Source: Mytilus trossulus (lineage: Eukaryota). Taken from it: a DNA stretch of 64,000 bases. The stretch spans positions 59,396,001 to 59,460,000 of the forward strand of contig NC_086382.1 in NCBI RefSeq assembly GCF_036588685.1. The letters run 5' to 3'. The position numbers and the translations under genes are program-made. Below, piece after piece: positions 24,751 to 37,800 of this stretch; the stretch's first letter is position 1; each line of letters opens with the position of its first letter. The notes beneath the pieces are model-generated. The model did not search any database and was not told where the DNA came from. It saw only the letters and a list, made by a program, of their open reading frames with translations.

Positions 24751-25562
24751 TCACAAATCTTAGCGTTGTTACAAGTGTCAATAACAATTCTTAAGATTCT
24801 TATAACGGCGCACTTCTACACAATAGGCTGGATCGCTATATATTATCAGATTATTACATGGCATTTTTCATATCGCATGTATTATCAGCCCTAGGTTAAA
24901 TATCAGCCCAAGAGCCGCATGGCATGTTATGATCTTTTTATCATATGCTTCAACAGTGGAGAAAAATAACAGATTCATATTTGGATCCTTTTACGTGGTT
25001 CCAAAATAGAAGTTTAAAGAGTGAAAAGTTCACATGCAGACGTCGGACCCCAAATTAAGTACATTCGATATGAAATCTTTCTATATGACTTAACAGAGAA
25101 GAAAAATATTTGAATATGGACGAATCGACCCAAAAATTACATAATAAACACTGTTTGGAAATTAACATTTTTGAAGTAACTCCCTAAATATTGTTTGAAA
25201 CTTTGAAAATGCATTTTTTTTAATAATATCCGTGTTTGTTTTGTATGTTTTGTATGTTTTGTATGTTTTGTTTTGTTTGTTTGTTTGTTTGTTGTTTGTT
25301 TGTTGTTTTTTTGTTGTTGTTTTTTTACACAATATACTTTCCAGTATCCAAATAATTGTTTTGTACACTACTAATTGTAATGTTTTTCATTGAAAACGTA
25401 GCATTGTGGTGTATTTTCCGGAATTTGCCGAGCATCACCGGAATGCCATGCGATAACGTTACGGAAAGGCATGTGATAACAATCGAAGCATGCGATAAAC
25501 TTTTTATATCAGCCCGCTAAGCATCAATTCGAAAATTTAATGCTATTATCATACAGTAAAAT

Positions 25563-25862
25563 TCATAAGTTATTTAGTATAAGTATATGATAATTTACAT
25601 ATATTGTTAAGTACGTCTTAGTCAGTGACAACCCTACAACAGATGTATCCATCGGATCGCCATCAATGATGGTGATACATGGCTGTGTACATAATGTATA
25701 TACAACTCGTCTAAACATCAACCCAACAATGTTAGATCTGTAAATTTGCTTTCGCAAATTTTTGGTTCTTCCCTCGCCGGGATTCGAACCCATGCTACTG
25801 TGATATCGTGACACCAAATCGCCTGCACTGCAGCCGTCCCGCTAGACCACACGACCACCTGG
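25563..25862 (-). mobile_element. tRNA-derived SINE
   Basis: Minus-strand head with A-box TGGTCTAGCGG and B-box GGTTCGAATCC, followed by a ~200-bp body and an AT-rich tail. It does not fold as a complete cloverleaf. Confidence 0.75.
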
Positions 25863-27544
25863 CCCAGGAGTTGTATTTACATATATTGTATACACCCGCT
25901 CTCACTAAAATGCCATACCCACTAAAACATGCCATTCCTTACTTTATCGTGCATTCACTTTATGTTTAACGGTATTAAAATCTGATAAAACAATATTATA
26001 TATGTAATGACATCATTCTTTCGTATATAAAAATATTTAGTAAGATAGTGACTCTACCTGTATATTTCGTATTACAAACGGGATGTCATCTTATTTTTGA
26101 CGTTGGTGTTGTTTTATAAAGACCATAATGTTAACCGACTTATCCTTTGAATAAATGTATTCTGAAAGGTTGTCAATTTAATGCATTAGTACAATATTGA
26201 AATATGAGTTTTATCGGTACTAACATTGATTACATTTTTATATGAAAATTTAAGGATGTTTCCTACCCCTGAATGCCTAGATTTCACAATATTCTCTTTT
26301 TTCTTCTTTAATATAATAAAAAAAATTTGCAAGAAATTCAGAGGCCTCCTCTGCATGCCGGGCTAAACATTCATGTCACTAGTTTTAATAAAATGAAAAT
26401 ATCTGTATATACATTGCTATTTATTTGTACAGTTATGAGAATGTACGATCCTTCATCCTAAAGATGCTGTTTATTTTAAATCTGGCTTTGTACAATGTCA
26501 TCATTTACTCAGACTGTTTATGCCGTCTTTACACTAAATCTGTTGGAGTTTACTGATTCGGTACTCTTTTTTTCTGTCTATTGTATTTGTGTGTTTGTGT
26601 TACAGTTGTTATCTGTGCCTTGTACTGATATTCTAAGTTGAGAAAATTACCTTTGATTAATTAACATTACCATTCTTTACGGCAGACAAACTAGCTGACC
26701 TGAAACGTACATCATCTTCTTGCAGAAGCATGGGTTTGGATATTGCTAAATTTGAAACCGATAATTCGGTTTCTTATCAGTGTTGAAAGCATATAATGGC
26801 TTACTACCACATCTATTTCACGATGTTGGATAGTTGTCTCGTAAGCTTTCATAACAGGCACATCTCAGGCCTCATTGTATATAAATCCAAATAAAGTTCC
26901 TTGAAGTCACAACATTACTGTGACAACTTCCACCAAACAGAGTTGAGCTCTAAATTCATGACTGATACAATATTGTATTAAACTTAAATACCGTGGCAAT
27001 GTTGCATCAGTAATGAAATTGAATAACAATGTTGATATAAAAAGCAATTGCTGTATGCATTTATTTTATTGTAAAGAATTAATGTTTGGGCAAACGCTTG
27101 AGTGAAATATAATGATCTTTGGAACTTGGGGATCTTAAATTTATTTATTTCTTATATAGCTTGGCACATTTTATTTTAATTGCAATTTTCACCCGTTTCA
27201 TCCCGCACCAAATTTAAAATTTTGCGAAAATACGCATAATACAGGTTTTTTTTATTCGATCTCACGGCCAGTCCTCTTTTCTTGACAGGTAAAACCTGTC
27301 GCACATTTCTCATAACGGTCACAGGAGTCTTAGAACAATAAGACTCCTTGTTGTATGTACGGAATATCTTATAAGCAATTAAGACATATGACATGTATCT
27401 CACGGGAATGCTGTATAATAGCTTTAATTACTTTATTTTTATTTTCATTGTTGTATGTTGTTACTCCGAACTGCAAAATGGTCTTTACTTATATTTATAA
27501 TGGTCCCATAAGTACTCAATCTCTCTAGACCTCGTTTTGCACGT

Positions 27545-27612
27545 AACTTCCGGCCACGTTAAGCACTTCCTGTCGGCGACCAGAATATTTTCATTTTTTG
27601 GAAGACTCAAAG
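27545..27612 (+). promoter_or_regulatory. Probable COPB1 promoter and non-coding first exon
   Basis: Locally CpG-richer patch with two ETS-type motifs (ACTTCCGG ~27546, ACTTCCTG ~27565) followed by a donor-like AAG|GTTTGT at 27612/27613. The first coding exon begins at an acceptor (31813) 9 nt before the ATG, so an upstream UTR exon is required. Assignment is inference. Confidence 0.5.
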
Positions 27613-28091
27613 GTTTGTTAAACACCTATTATTAACAAGTATGAAATAATATATTTACGTTGAATTTGTAATTTTGAACTTCCACGTATACGGGACACAA
27701 AGGTGAAGGAACATGTTGATCACATTCTCAATATGTTTTTCTTTCTAACATTTGTTTTCTTGATAAGATTAAAAAAAAATCAGCTTTCCTGGTATGTGGT
27801 GACTGTTGATGTCAATTAATTGCTGATTAAATCAAACATAAACCTACTATTACAGTTTTGAATTTGGTACACTACCCTTCTTATTATGAGGCAGGCATTA
27901 CCTGTAAAAGAGGATGAAGTCTGTATTTTTTTTTAATGTTTATTCAAACATGTTGATAAAAGAATATGGAAATATAGTAACATTTCCAATATTCATTCTC
28001 TTGTAAGGGATTTAGTTGTGACGTTATTTAAGTTATGAAGTCATTGTAACAAAGAAACGCTGTTATCCAGGTAACGTTTTTTTCATTAATA

Positions 28092-28165
28092 CAGGGCTCA
28101 GGCTACCAGGCGACTTTGGCGAAGAAGTCACTTCTCCCTTTAATTCTGAAGTAGTGTGAGCCCTG
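28092..28165. mobile_element. 74-bp mini-MITE
   Basis: CAGGGCTCA ... TGAGCCCTG termini flanked by TA; the inverted match extends to TAATACAGGGCTCA/TGAGCCCTGTATTA. Confidence 0.5.
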
Positions 28166-28861
28166 TATTATCAAACAATTATTAAAAATGATTGGATGTT
28201 GAATTCCTTCCTATATTTGTTGATATGTTTATATATATACATTTTATTTAAAGTCTCATGCAACATGACCGGAAACAAAAGAAGATCGGAAGGGGAAGTA
28301 GATCTGAAAAAAAAAGTTAACGATTTTGAGTTCATTAGTAGAATAAAAATTCTGGAAATTTTCCCGAAATTTTTTATTTTTTTTTATTGATTTTTCTACT
28401 GTCATGACTGTAATATTGGACTTTGTCCCAATATAATTTGTTCGTTATGTCCTTTCAAACAGAAACACTAATAGTAATACATATGTATGAGGCAGACATT
28501 ACTAGTGAAAATATTTTCAATTTAAAATCTGTTAAAAACAAATGGAAATACTGAAAGTTTAACGATGTTGGTTCTCTTGTTCGGGATTTAAAAAGTTGTG
28601 ACATCATTTTCATTGAAAACAAAGAAATGCTATCCTGATGATGTTATGATTTTTCTTATCTAAGACAAAGAATCATCAAAAACAACAATTTTTCAGACAG
28701 TCTCATGACATATGAGACCAGAAGAAAGAAAGAGATGTCTGTGCAAATGCAGGAAAATAAATAAGTCTGTAAAATAAAAAGTGAATGATTGTGAGATCAT
28801 TACTTAGCTAACATGGTAATTGATGGTAGAACACAAACCTTAGACTAATTTTTCTCTTTAA

Positions 28862-30370
28862 CCCTTTCCTCCATCAGTGATTTAGCTAGCGCTCGTCACT
28901 TTCGTATTTTACGAAAAGGTTTTAGAAATGACGAAAATATTTCATATCAATTTCGTCACTTAAATTTGGAAAGTGTAAAAATATTTACACATCAAATTAC
29001 TTGAATTCTACCTGTCTTTATGTTTCTGACAAGTTTATGACCCTCAGGTAATTAACGTTTACCAAAGGTGTTAAAAGTTGTGATGACAAGTAATCCGCCT
29101 ATCGCCAATCAGATGGGTCACTAATCCCTTAATTATCATTATAAAACCTCATAAATGATCATTATAATAATCTATTTAAGTTAAATCAGTCAGTCAGCTT
29201 TTCATTTTAATCTTTTTTCACAGTTCAGTTGTATTTTCGTCATTTGAACAAAATTGATAAACTTCCCGGACATTTCAACTTTATTTTATTTTCAATATTT
29301 CCCTTACGATCATAATTTGCAGTTTGCTTGTCGTAGTTTCGTCAGTTCAACGTATTTTCGTCATACTTTATATAAATATTCATTAAAAACTTTCGACAAC
29401 TTCGATTAAAAAGAATGAACTTTATTAAAAACGTAAATATTTTCACTTGCAAACAGGTGCTTCCTGTTCTATGCATTGCGCATGCGTTAAAGTTCGAAAA
29501 TGAATCCGTTTTTGTTCTGAAATTATTATTCAATTGTCACTTCCCGTTTTCATTTCATTTTGTTTAAAAATCGAAAGTAAACGTGATCTACAGTTTACAG
29601 TCATAAGAATCGTCACATTAAGTATAGATGCAGATTCTTCTATCCAATATTAAAGAAATTGATTCCAAATAGATATTAAAACGTATTTTCAAGGATATAA
29701 ATGATTGTGAAGTGAAAAAGTCGTTACAAGTTCATTTGTACAGTGGTTAAAAAATAGAGGCACCCAACTTTTGTTGATAATTAATGGGTGTTCCCTGAAA
29801 ATAACTGAAGTGAAGTTTTGATCTTATTACCAGATCCCTATTCTTATCTTCATATCTTAGCATCACATCAGTCAATTCATTCAATATTGCCAATAACTGC
29901 CTACATAAGCAATCCTAAAGTCTTCAAAGATCCTAGACTAGTCCTTAAAGGACTTGGACATATATGTATAGCTAGTTTGATAAACATCCTAGATCCCTTG
30001 CTTTATAAAAAAAAATAAGGCTGATTTTTATCGCGCAAAAGTGACTAAAGCCCTCAAAATCCTAGCTAAAACCCTGCCTCCATTGAAATTGTTTTTTTAC
30101 ATACATGATTTGCATAGGATTTTTCAATCAAATGCTGTAAATATGCTTTAAAGTGTTAATGCATCAATGCCAAAAACAAATATTTCATCAAATAAATTTA
30201 AGTTGGATATTCCTATGATATTTCTTTTCATATTGGATACAAATTTTATTAAGTCTACTGCAGACACTTTTAAGTCCAAGTGTTTCAACTGAGGTACTAC
30301 ACAGGCGTCAAAAGTCGTCATTATGTATTAAAAGGGGTGGCGTCAAAAAGCGTCATTATGGAGGAAAGGG
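28862..30370. mobile_element. piggyBac-like MITE (about 300 bp without the nested insert)
   Basis: TTAA|CCCTTTCCTCCAT ... ATGGAGGAAAGGG|TTAA: perfect 13-bp TIR, CCC/GGG ends, TTAA TSD. Confidence 0.85.
28875..30076. mobile_element. Non-autonomous DNA transposon (hAT/P-like) nested in the piggyBac MITE
   Basis: TIRs CAGTGATTTAGCTAG and CTAGCTAAAACCCTG. 7-bp TSD CCTCCAT (28868-28874, 30077-30083). No transposase ORF. Confidence 0.8.
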
Positions 30371-31821
30371 TTAATTGATTTTTCTACCGTAATAGTGTAA
30401 GACAAGTCAATTCATTTAACAACTAATCAATAAAATAATCTGGCCATGTATTGAATTAAAGATACTTATTTCAATTGACAATTATGCTGCTACAATTAAC
30501 CAGTTGAAATTTTGTTATGGGGCAGAAGAAAAACCATATAGAACATCAAGTTGCATTTATAAATGTGTTACACTCTTAGTATTACACATTGTAACTATGA
30601 GATTGTGTCAAAGTACTCATGAGTCATGTTGAATGGATACATGTATTAATCACTTTATATTGCATTTTACACAATTTAATATTTGAAATAACTTGTTATA
30701 AGATACAAACATATCAGGATGACGGTAAGAAACAAGTTTTTGTGTTTGTTTTGCATGAACAGTTTGTCACGTCTCAATATCAAATAGAAACAACATCTTA
30801 TCATAATGTTAAAGTTTAAGAAGTGTAAATGTATTTTGAAGAAGTGTAAAGTTTTACAAATGTGGATAGTACATGCCATCTGTTCATGCAAAATTATACC
30901 TAACACACAAGGTGATTCATTGAACACTCCTTGCTCATTTTTTTTTATTTTGGAAAACATTACTTGTAAATTTGATGATTTATAATTATTTTTTGTCCTG
31001 ATTTATTAATGATCTATCTTTACAATGACTTCAGTTCATTAAAACAGAAGTGTTGCTCGAAATCATATTTCACCAAATACTGACTAAGTCACTATATATA
31101 CATGATATATACCCGAGAAAGTCACAATAATAATTGAATCACCATGTGTGTCAACAGGTACTTTAATGGTTGTAGGAAATTAGATTTTTCAGTTATAAAA
31201 CATAAACATATAATAATACATATAATATATATATATATATATATTGGCCTAGGGTACCAGGTAAATTATGCCTCTTTAAGTTAGTGTGCGATGTAGATAT
31301 TTTTAAACTTTATACTGCTATTGTTTATTTTTTTGTACAAGTAGTTATGGAGAAATTTTAGCCAGTTATATTTTGTAAAAGTACATAAGCATTCAGTCAT
31401 TTTTCCTAAAATAGTTTTTCTAGTTCATTGGTTACAGTACTTGTTTAGTATTTTTTGTTGAACCTTCAAGCTTTGTGATGTGGTGACTGCTTACACGCAA
31501 ATAACTGCACTCAAACCATTTCAAAATGTCAACAAAAACAAAAAAAACAACATATTAAATACTAATGATATTGCTAATTTATAGCAATATTTTTCAATTA
31601 TTAAATAAAACATTTGGTCTCCTGTCTTCATCTTTACTGGTTCCAATACATTAAAAAATCCTGAGATTTTTGTTAAAACACTGATATTATACACACATAA
31701 AAATGTGGTAAAAAATCTCTTGTATATACTTATTCTAGAGCTGTTATCTAAAAAGATAAAGTGTTATAAATACACCTACAAATGTGAAATGCCCATTTGA
31801 CTTTATTTTCAGAATAAAAAG

Positions 31822-34800
31822 ATGTCTACCTTGGCTGAGCAGCCATGTTATACTCTGATAAATATACCGTCAGATGCAGAGCCTCCAACCGAGATGGGAC
31901 TCAAATCAGATCTAGGTATGGCATTACACATTGATTTAAAACAGCAGTGAAATACATTGGCATGTTTTACCTGTTCTCAAAAGGTGTGGATAAACTGCAC
32001 TTTAAATTCAATGTAGAATTTCAATTTTTGTTATGTAATGTTTTTTGCAACGAAATATACAAGCATGAAACTTTTTTTTGAATATACACCATTGTTAATT
32101 CTATGTCCATGTTACATATGTACATGCATACAAACAATATAAACAACAAGAAATGGTTTGCCAGCATTGTTAATTAAGGCTGAATACATGTACATGTATC
32201 TAGCAGTCTATTATAAACAACATACATCAAACTAAATGACATTAAAAATAAAAGATGTACATGTATTGGAGTGATTCACATTCAGCAAACTTTTAATATC
32301 TTTCTTAAATTCCATTTTGATGGCTATATGTAGCTTATCATTTGCCTGGGCTATAATATGGTCTCCTGAAATTGAGGTTTTGAAAAAAGATTAATCATTC
32401 ATGTTTTAGTTTTTCTTTATTGATCACAGTATAAAAGTTTGTATATAGTTGCATTTAAAGGCATGAGAAGAAACTGATTAAAATTAAATTGTAAAATTTC
32501 AATTTTCAAAAGTGGTAGTACATTGTACAATAATAATATTAAACATGTTAAATGATATTTCTGTTTTTTTTTATTAGAAAAGGGAGATACCAAAACAAAG
32601 ATTGAAGCTCTGAAGAAGACGATACAGATGATATTGAATGGAGAGAAGATGCCATCATTATTGATGACTATTATTAGATTTGTCATGCCTGTGAGAGACC
32701 ATACCATCAAGAAAATGCTGTTAATTTTCTGGGAAATTGTCCCAAAATATAACCCTGATGGCAAAATGTTACACGAGTTCATACTTGTTTGTGATGCATA
32801 CAGAAAGGTATGTTTTTTTCTAGGTCTTTAACTTAAAGTGTTCTTCCTAATATAGTGTCATGGTACCAAGGAGCAATAAAGCCTTGGAGAGATCATTTGC
32901 ATCTGCATTGATAAGAAATGTAAAATTGAAAATAAATTAGATATTTAGCAACAGCACTATTTCTTTTTATAAAGATACAAGTAAGGTCTACATGTAAAAT
33001 TATAAATCACTGTACATATATTATTGTTTGTATCTTATTGAGAATTTCACTGAATAATGTATCTATTTTTCTGAGTAAGCACTGTACAATTAAACATGCA
33101 TGTTTTAGGGAATGTGTCATCCTTCTAAAAAATAAATTGGTTTATACCTATATATGTAACGATATATCAAATAAAATTCCAAATGCTTCTTTTTTAGGAT
33201 CTTCAACATCCAAATGAATTTATAAGAGGATCAACATTGAGATTTTTATGTAAACTGAAGGAAGCTGAATTATTGGAACCATTGATGCCAGCTATCAGAC
33301 AGTGTTTAGAACACAGACACTCTTATGTTAGAAGAAATGCTGTATTAGCTATTTATACTATCTATAGGTTTGTACATTCAAAATTAAAAGTGTTGAAAGT
33401 TGTGTGGAAAGCTAATTAAAATAGCTCTGGTCAGACTGATTATAATTCCAATTACAAGTTAAAAGGGAATTTTGAAGTTAAATGGTTTTGTCTTATAATT
33501 ACCAACAGATAATTATGCCCCCTCCGCTATTGGCAATCAGTTTTACCCTTGTCTGTCTGTATGTCCATCTGTCTGTTATCCAAAGTTTGTTTCCTTTAAC
33601 TTTGGTTTGCCTCAAACAATTGTTATAAAACTTATACACAATGCTTACTACCACAAAACAGAGATCATGTTTGAAGTTTGGTGGTGTCACTTTAACTGTT
33701 CTAGAGTTATTCCCCTTTCCAAATGAACAAAAATGAATTATTTGTTTCTGTTATCTAACTTCAGTTTTCCACAACCAAATTTTATGAAACTTATACACAA
33801 TACTTATTACCACAAAACTCAGGTCATCATCAAGTACACATTTGGGTAGTGTCACTTTTTCTGTCTTTAGTTATGTCCCTTTATAACTTTTATCATGTGG
33901 TTGTATGATATACAAGTGGGGGCATCATCTGTCCCATGGACAAATTCCCCATTTATTATCTATTTGATAAAATATAGACATGGTATTTTTGGTATAGTTG
34001 CATTTTCTATTAATGTATTCATTTGCACTTACTATGAATTTCTCTAAGCAAGTCTTTCAGATAGGTCATTTTATTTTCAGTGTTGTCTTCACTTTGATCG
34101 TGTTCATGAGAAATACATGTATAGAAAACCATCTATCAATTTTTTTGTTTGTGTGTCTTAATTATATAATCGAAGCAGATAGAAATCACTATCTTTTGTG
34201 GTCCACATCATACTCTTTAGTCTTACATGTATCTGCTACACATTTTATACTTTTCATCAGAAACTAATTAAATGTCAACAGAAAGTTCAGAAGGATTTGT
34301 TTTATTGATATATTTTATTTCATTTGTTTATTCTCAGTAGCTGGATGGTCATCCCTCTCCTGATAATACTAAGGTTGTGAGTTCAAATGTAGTGCTTTGG
34401 GCTCGAATCTTGACAACTAGGATTGCCCGTTTTTGTTACAAGGATCAGTGGTTCTTTTCACATACTTTGGCTTCGTCCTAAAAAAAAAGGACCACTTCAT
34501 CCAAGTCATAATTTGTAAAAGTAAATCATTATAGGTCAAAGAACAATCTTCAACACCATTGAACAGTAAGCTATAAAGGGCCCCAAATTATGACTAGTGT
34601 TAAACCAATCAAACAGGAAAAACAACAGTCTAATCTATATAAAAACGAGAAACACTTATGAACCATATCAACAAACGACAACCACTATTAATTCACCAGA
34701 ATATAAGTGTAGTAGATAGTATCAGTTATTTGTATTTACCATGGTTCATAGTGACATTATAGTTGAGGACATTTCCTTGGTGCATGAGAGCTATTGACAT

Positions 34801-37800
34801 GATTTACAACATAACTTACTTGTATACTCTCCAAATTTAGAAATTATTAGAATACTGTGTTCCCACTCCCTCAGGCAAAGATGGAATAAGCTTTTCTTAT
34901 AAGTTTGTTTGGGTCACATATCACTCGCATTCAAATATATTTATTAAAATTAAAAGTGAAATATGCAAGTATGATCTCTAATTCTCTTATTCTGTTTAAA
35001 CCTCTTTAAGTCACACGAAGGTTTACCTTTGTAATTAACAGCTGCACTACACATACTTAATACTGTAAAAACTAAAGCCTCAATTTTTTGTTACATTTAT
35101 TAAGAACTATGCTACTGACATACATGATACTTAAGTAATAAAACATAAAGACTAGCACTACAAAGACTGATATAATTTATATTGTATTCCATCCAGACAT
35201 TTTATATAAAAAAAAGAAACCATGTAAGATGAAAATCATAAATAAAAAAAAGCATAAAAGTAAAAAATATACTTTTAAAAAGTTACTGTTCAACAGTTGT
35301 TCTAAATAGAATCATAAAATAAAACTATTGCACTTACCAGTCATGTTGATTTAAAAATAGGTTTAAGTTCATTATGATTGATCATCTATTATTGATAAAA
35401 TATACAAAAAATTAAGTTGTAAAAATCATATTGTTTATTTCACATTCATTTTATTATGGGGAGAGACCCATATTATTCAATTAAAGCACATTGCAAAATA
35501 TCAAATACAAATGTACTTGTAAAAGTTTGACATTGGTTAAGTAATATATATATATATAATCTGTTATGCTATTTAACACATAGAATTTCCTAAAAAGAAT
35601 GGATAAAAAAAGCACCAAAATTGTTTCTAATAACTATCATGACTATACAAATTAAAACTAGTTCCTTGTTAAAAATATTTATAAAATCAAATAATAACAT
35701 AAAAACCTAAAACATGAAATAAACCAACTGTATTAAAGATTTAGTCTAAATCTTTAATACAGTTGGTTTATTTCATGTTTTAGGTTTTTATGTTATTATT
35801 TGATTTTATAAATATTTTTATCAAAATTGTTTGATTTTATAAATATTTTTATCAAAATTGTTGATCTAAATTTTTAGATCAACAATTTTGATATAAGAAC
35901 TCTCATTTATTGTCATTATAAAACAGTTTTTGCATCAAAATAAATAATCTAAAACAAAGTAAGCACTAAACTGGAAAGGTAGCACAGTGACTACATGTAA
36001 TGTTTTGAATAAAAAACACATCATGCCTCCAAATTACATATTTTACATCCTGCTTTCTTAGCTATGCCCTCAGGACAACTGGTACCCTTACCCCTGACTG
36101 GTACATCTTCAAACAAGAACCCTCCTTGCTGGTACTTGATAGCATTAAGATCTATATTTTCAGTATAAAACAGTTCAACGTGAACATTTGTTGTGACAAA
36201 CACACTCCACTCGCCATGCTCCAGTACAAGCTTGATGAATGGGTTGTCATATTGATTCACCATAAGTAGTCTTCCCCTACAGTATTTATCAGCACTTGAG
36301 TTAGCTTCTGTGATAACAAGGGTGACGTAATGAATGTAAAAGTTACAGTAGAAATCAGCAAAGTAGACATTAGATCGAAGATTTAGCATCTTTGGAGCAA
36401 AAACAAACATTCTCCGTGTGCCAAATATTGACGTGGGAGGTGGTTTCAAGGTTTTGGATTCTAAGAGTGCGCTGAAGAACAATCCTTCCAAGTTTTTGTT
36501 GATGACAGAATACCTGTCCCCATTATTGTCCTTCATATATTTCCTCATGATGCCATTACTTTTCCAGAATATATCCTCAAAGTATTCTCTTGGTTTGTTT
36601 CTGTAGAAAAATCTTATTGGAGCCATTATGTTGTTTCTCCCGACAAATTTTCTTCCCATATTGTACAGCTTTTGCAGTTCTGTTTTTGTCATGTCTGAAA
36701 TTAAAGGTAAAATGGAGGATCTAGTAAAATTGTCATCAAGATGAGCCATAATGTTAAATTGAGTTGTTATCTTTTTTAAAACAAGAATAAACATGATGAA
36801 CAAGAATAGTTAGTGTAATTGTCAAGAAATATGAAAACATAAATTGTTTTGAAAAGGTTAACCTTATTAAAGATTTCGTGTTTGTTATGCTTAAAAAGTA
36901 GAACATCAAGATGAATACACATCTTGCCTGCTCATAGCAAAACTAAAAACCTAAGTTTCATAGATCACATTTTAACATAACATGTGTTTGATGGTCATGT
37001 GAATGTTACAAAGAAATAAATTCTATGGATTCAGGAAACTTATGATAATGGATTTTAAATTTCATGTTTTTGTCGTAGTCTGCATACAACCCTATAGAAC
37101 ATATGATATTCATTGGTCATTTAATTGTGTGGTCCAACTCAAAATCAAGTGTACCCACAAAATTCACGAAAGTTGGTATCCAACAAGTAATAATGAATCT
37201 ACAGTACATATCTTAAGTGTATAAAATCATATGCTTACATGCAGTAAAAGTGTGTATCTTTGATGTCCTGAACAGCTGGTAATTCTTTGTAAATGCCACT
37301 CCAGACAGTGATTTACATCTAAAACTAAGTACATGATCCTGAGAGCTGGATGTACATCCATAGTAGGTCATGCATCTGTACTGAGAACAGGGCTTTAGTA
37401 GAAATGGGATACTTTTAAACCTCCAGATATTTTCTGTAAAGAAGAAATAAACTTCTTCTGATTCCTTGTCCTGCAGGATGATGAATTTAGAAGTTTGTTT
37501 CCTACTTGATGGTTCTGTCTTTATCCAGTATTTAGAACCTAATTTATGTTTAACAGCTATCTCTGCTCCTTTCTAAATATATAAATAGAAATAAATAAAC
37601 ATAAGAACTGACTAGAATTGTAAGCAGGAATGAAAATCCCATGCATCGGCCATTTTTCTTCTTCATTGAAATCACCTTTATAAAAAATAAAATTGAGAAT
37701 GGAAATGGGGAATGTGTCATAGATTTTCTTGAGATATACCATGAAAAGTTTGGAAAGTCGGATATTACTTTGATAAGAATTTTCTTTTTAAAAGATATAT

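Noticed and set aside
25770-25862. Possible tRNA gene (A and B boxes on the minus strand)
   Set aside because: No complete cloverleaf or acceptor stem, and it runs into a long body; better explained as a SINE head.
36695-36803. N-terminal extension of the 260-aa ORF (and similar extensions at 60740-60817 and 54744-54885)
   Set aside because: Mostly intronic read-through upstream of clear splice acceptors.
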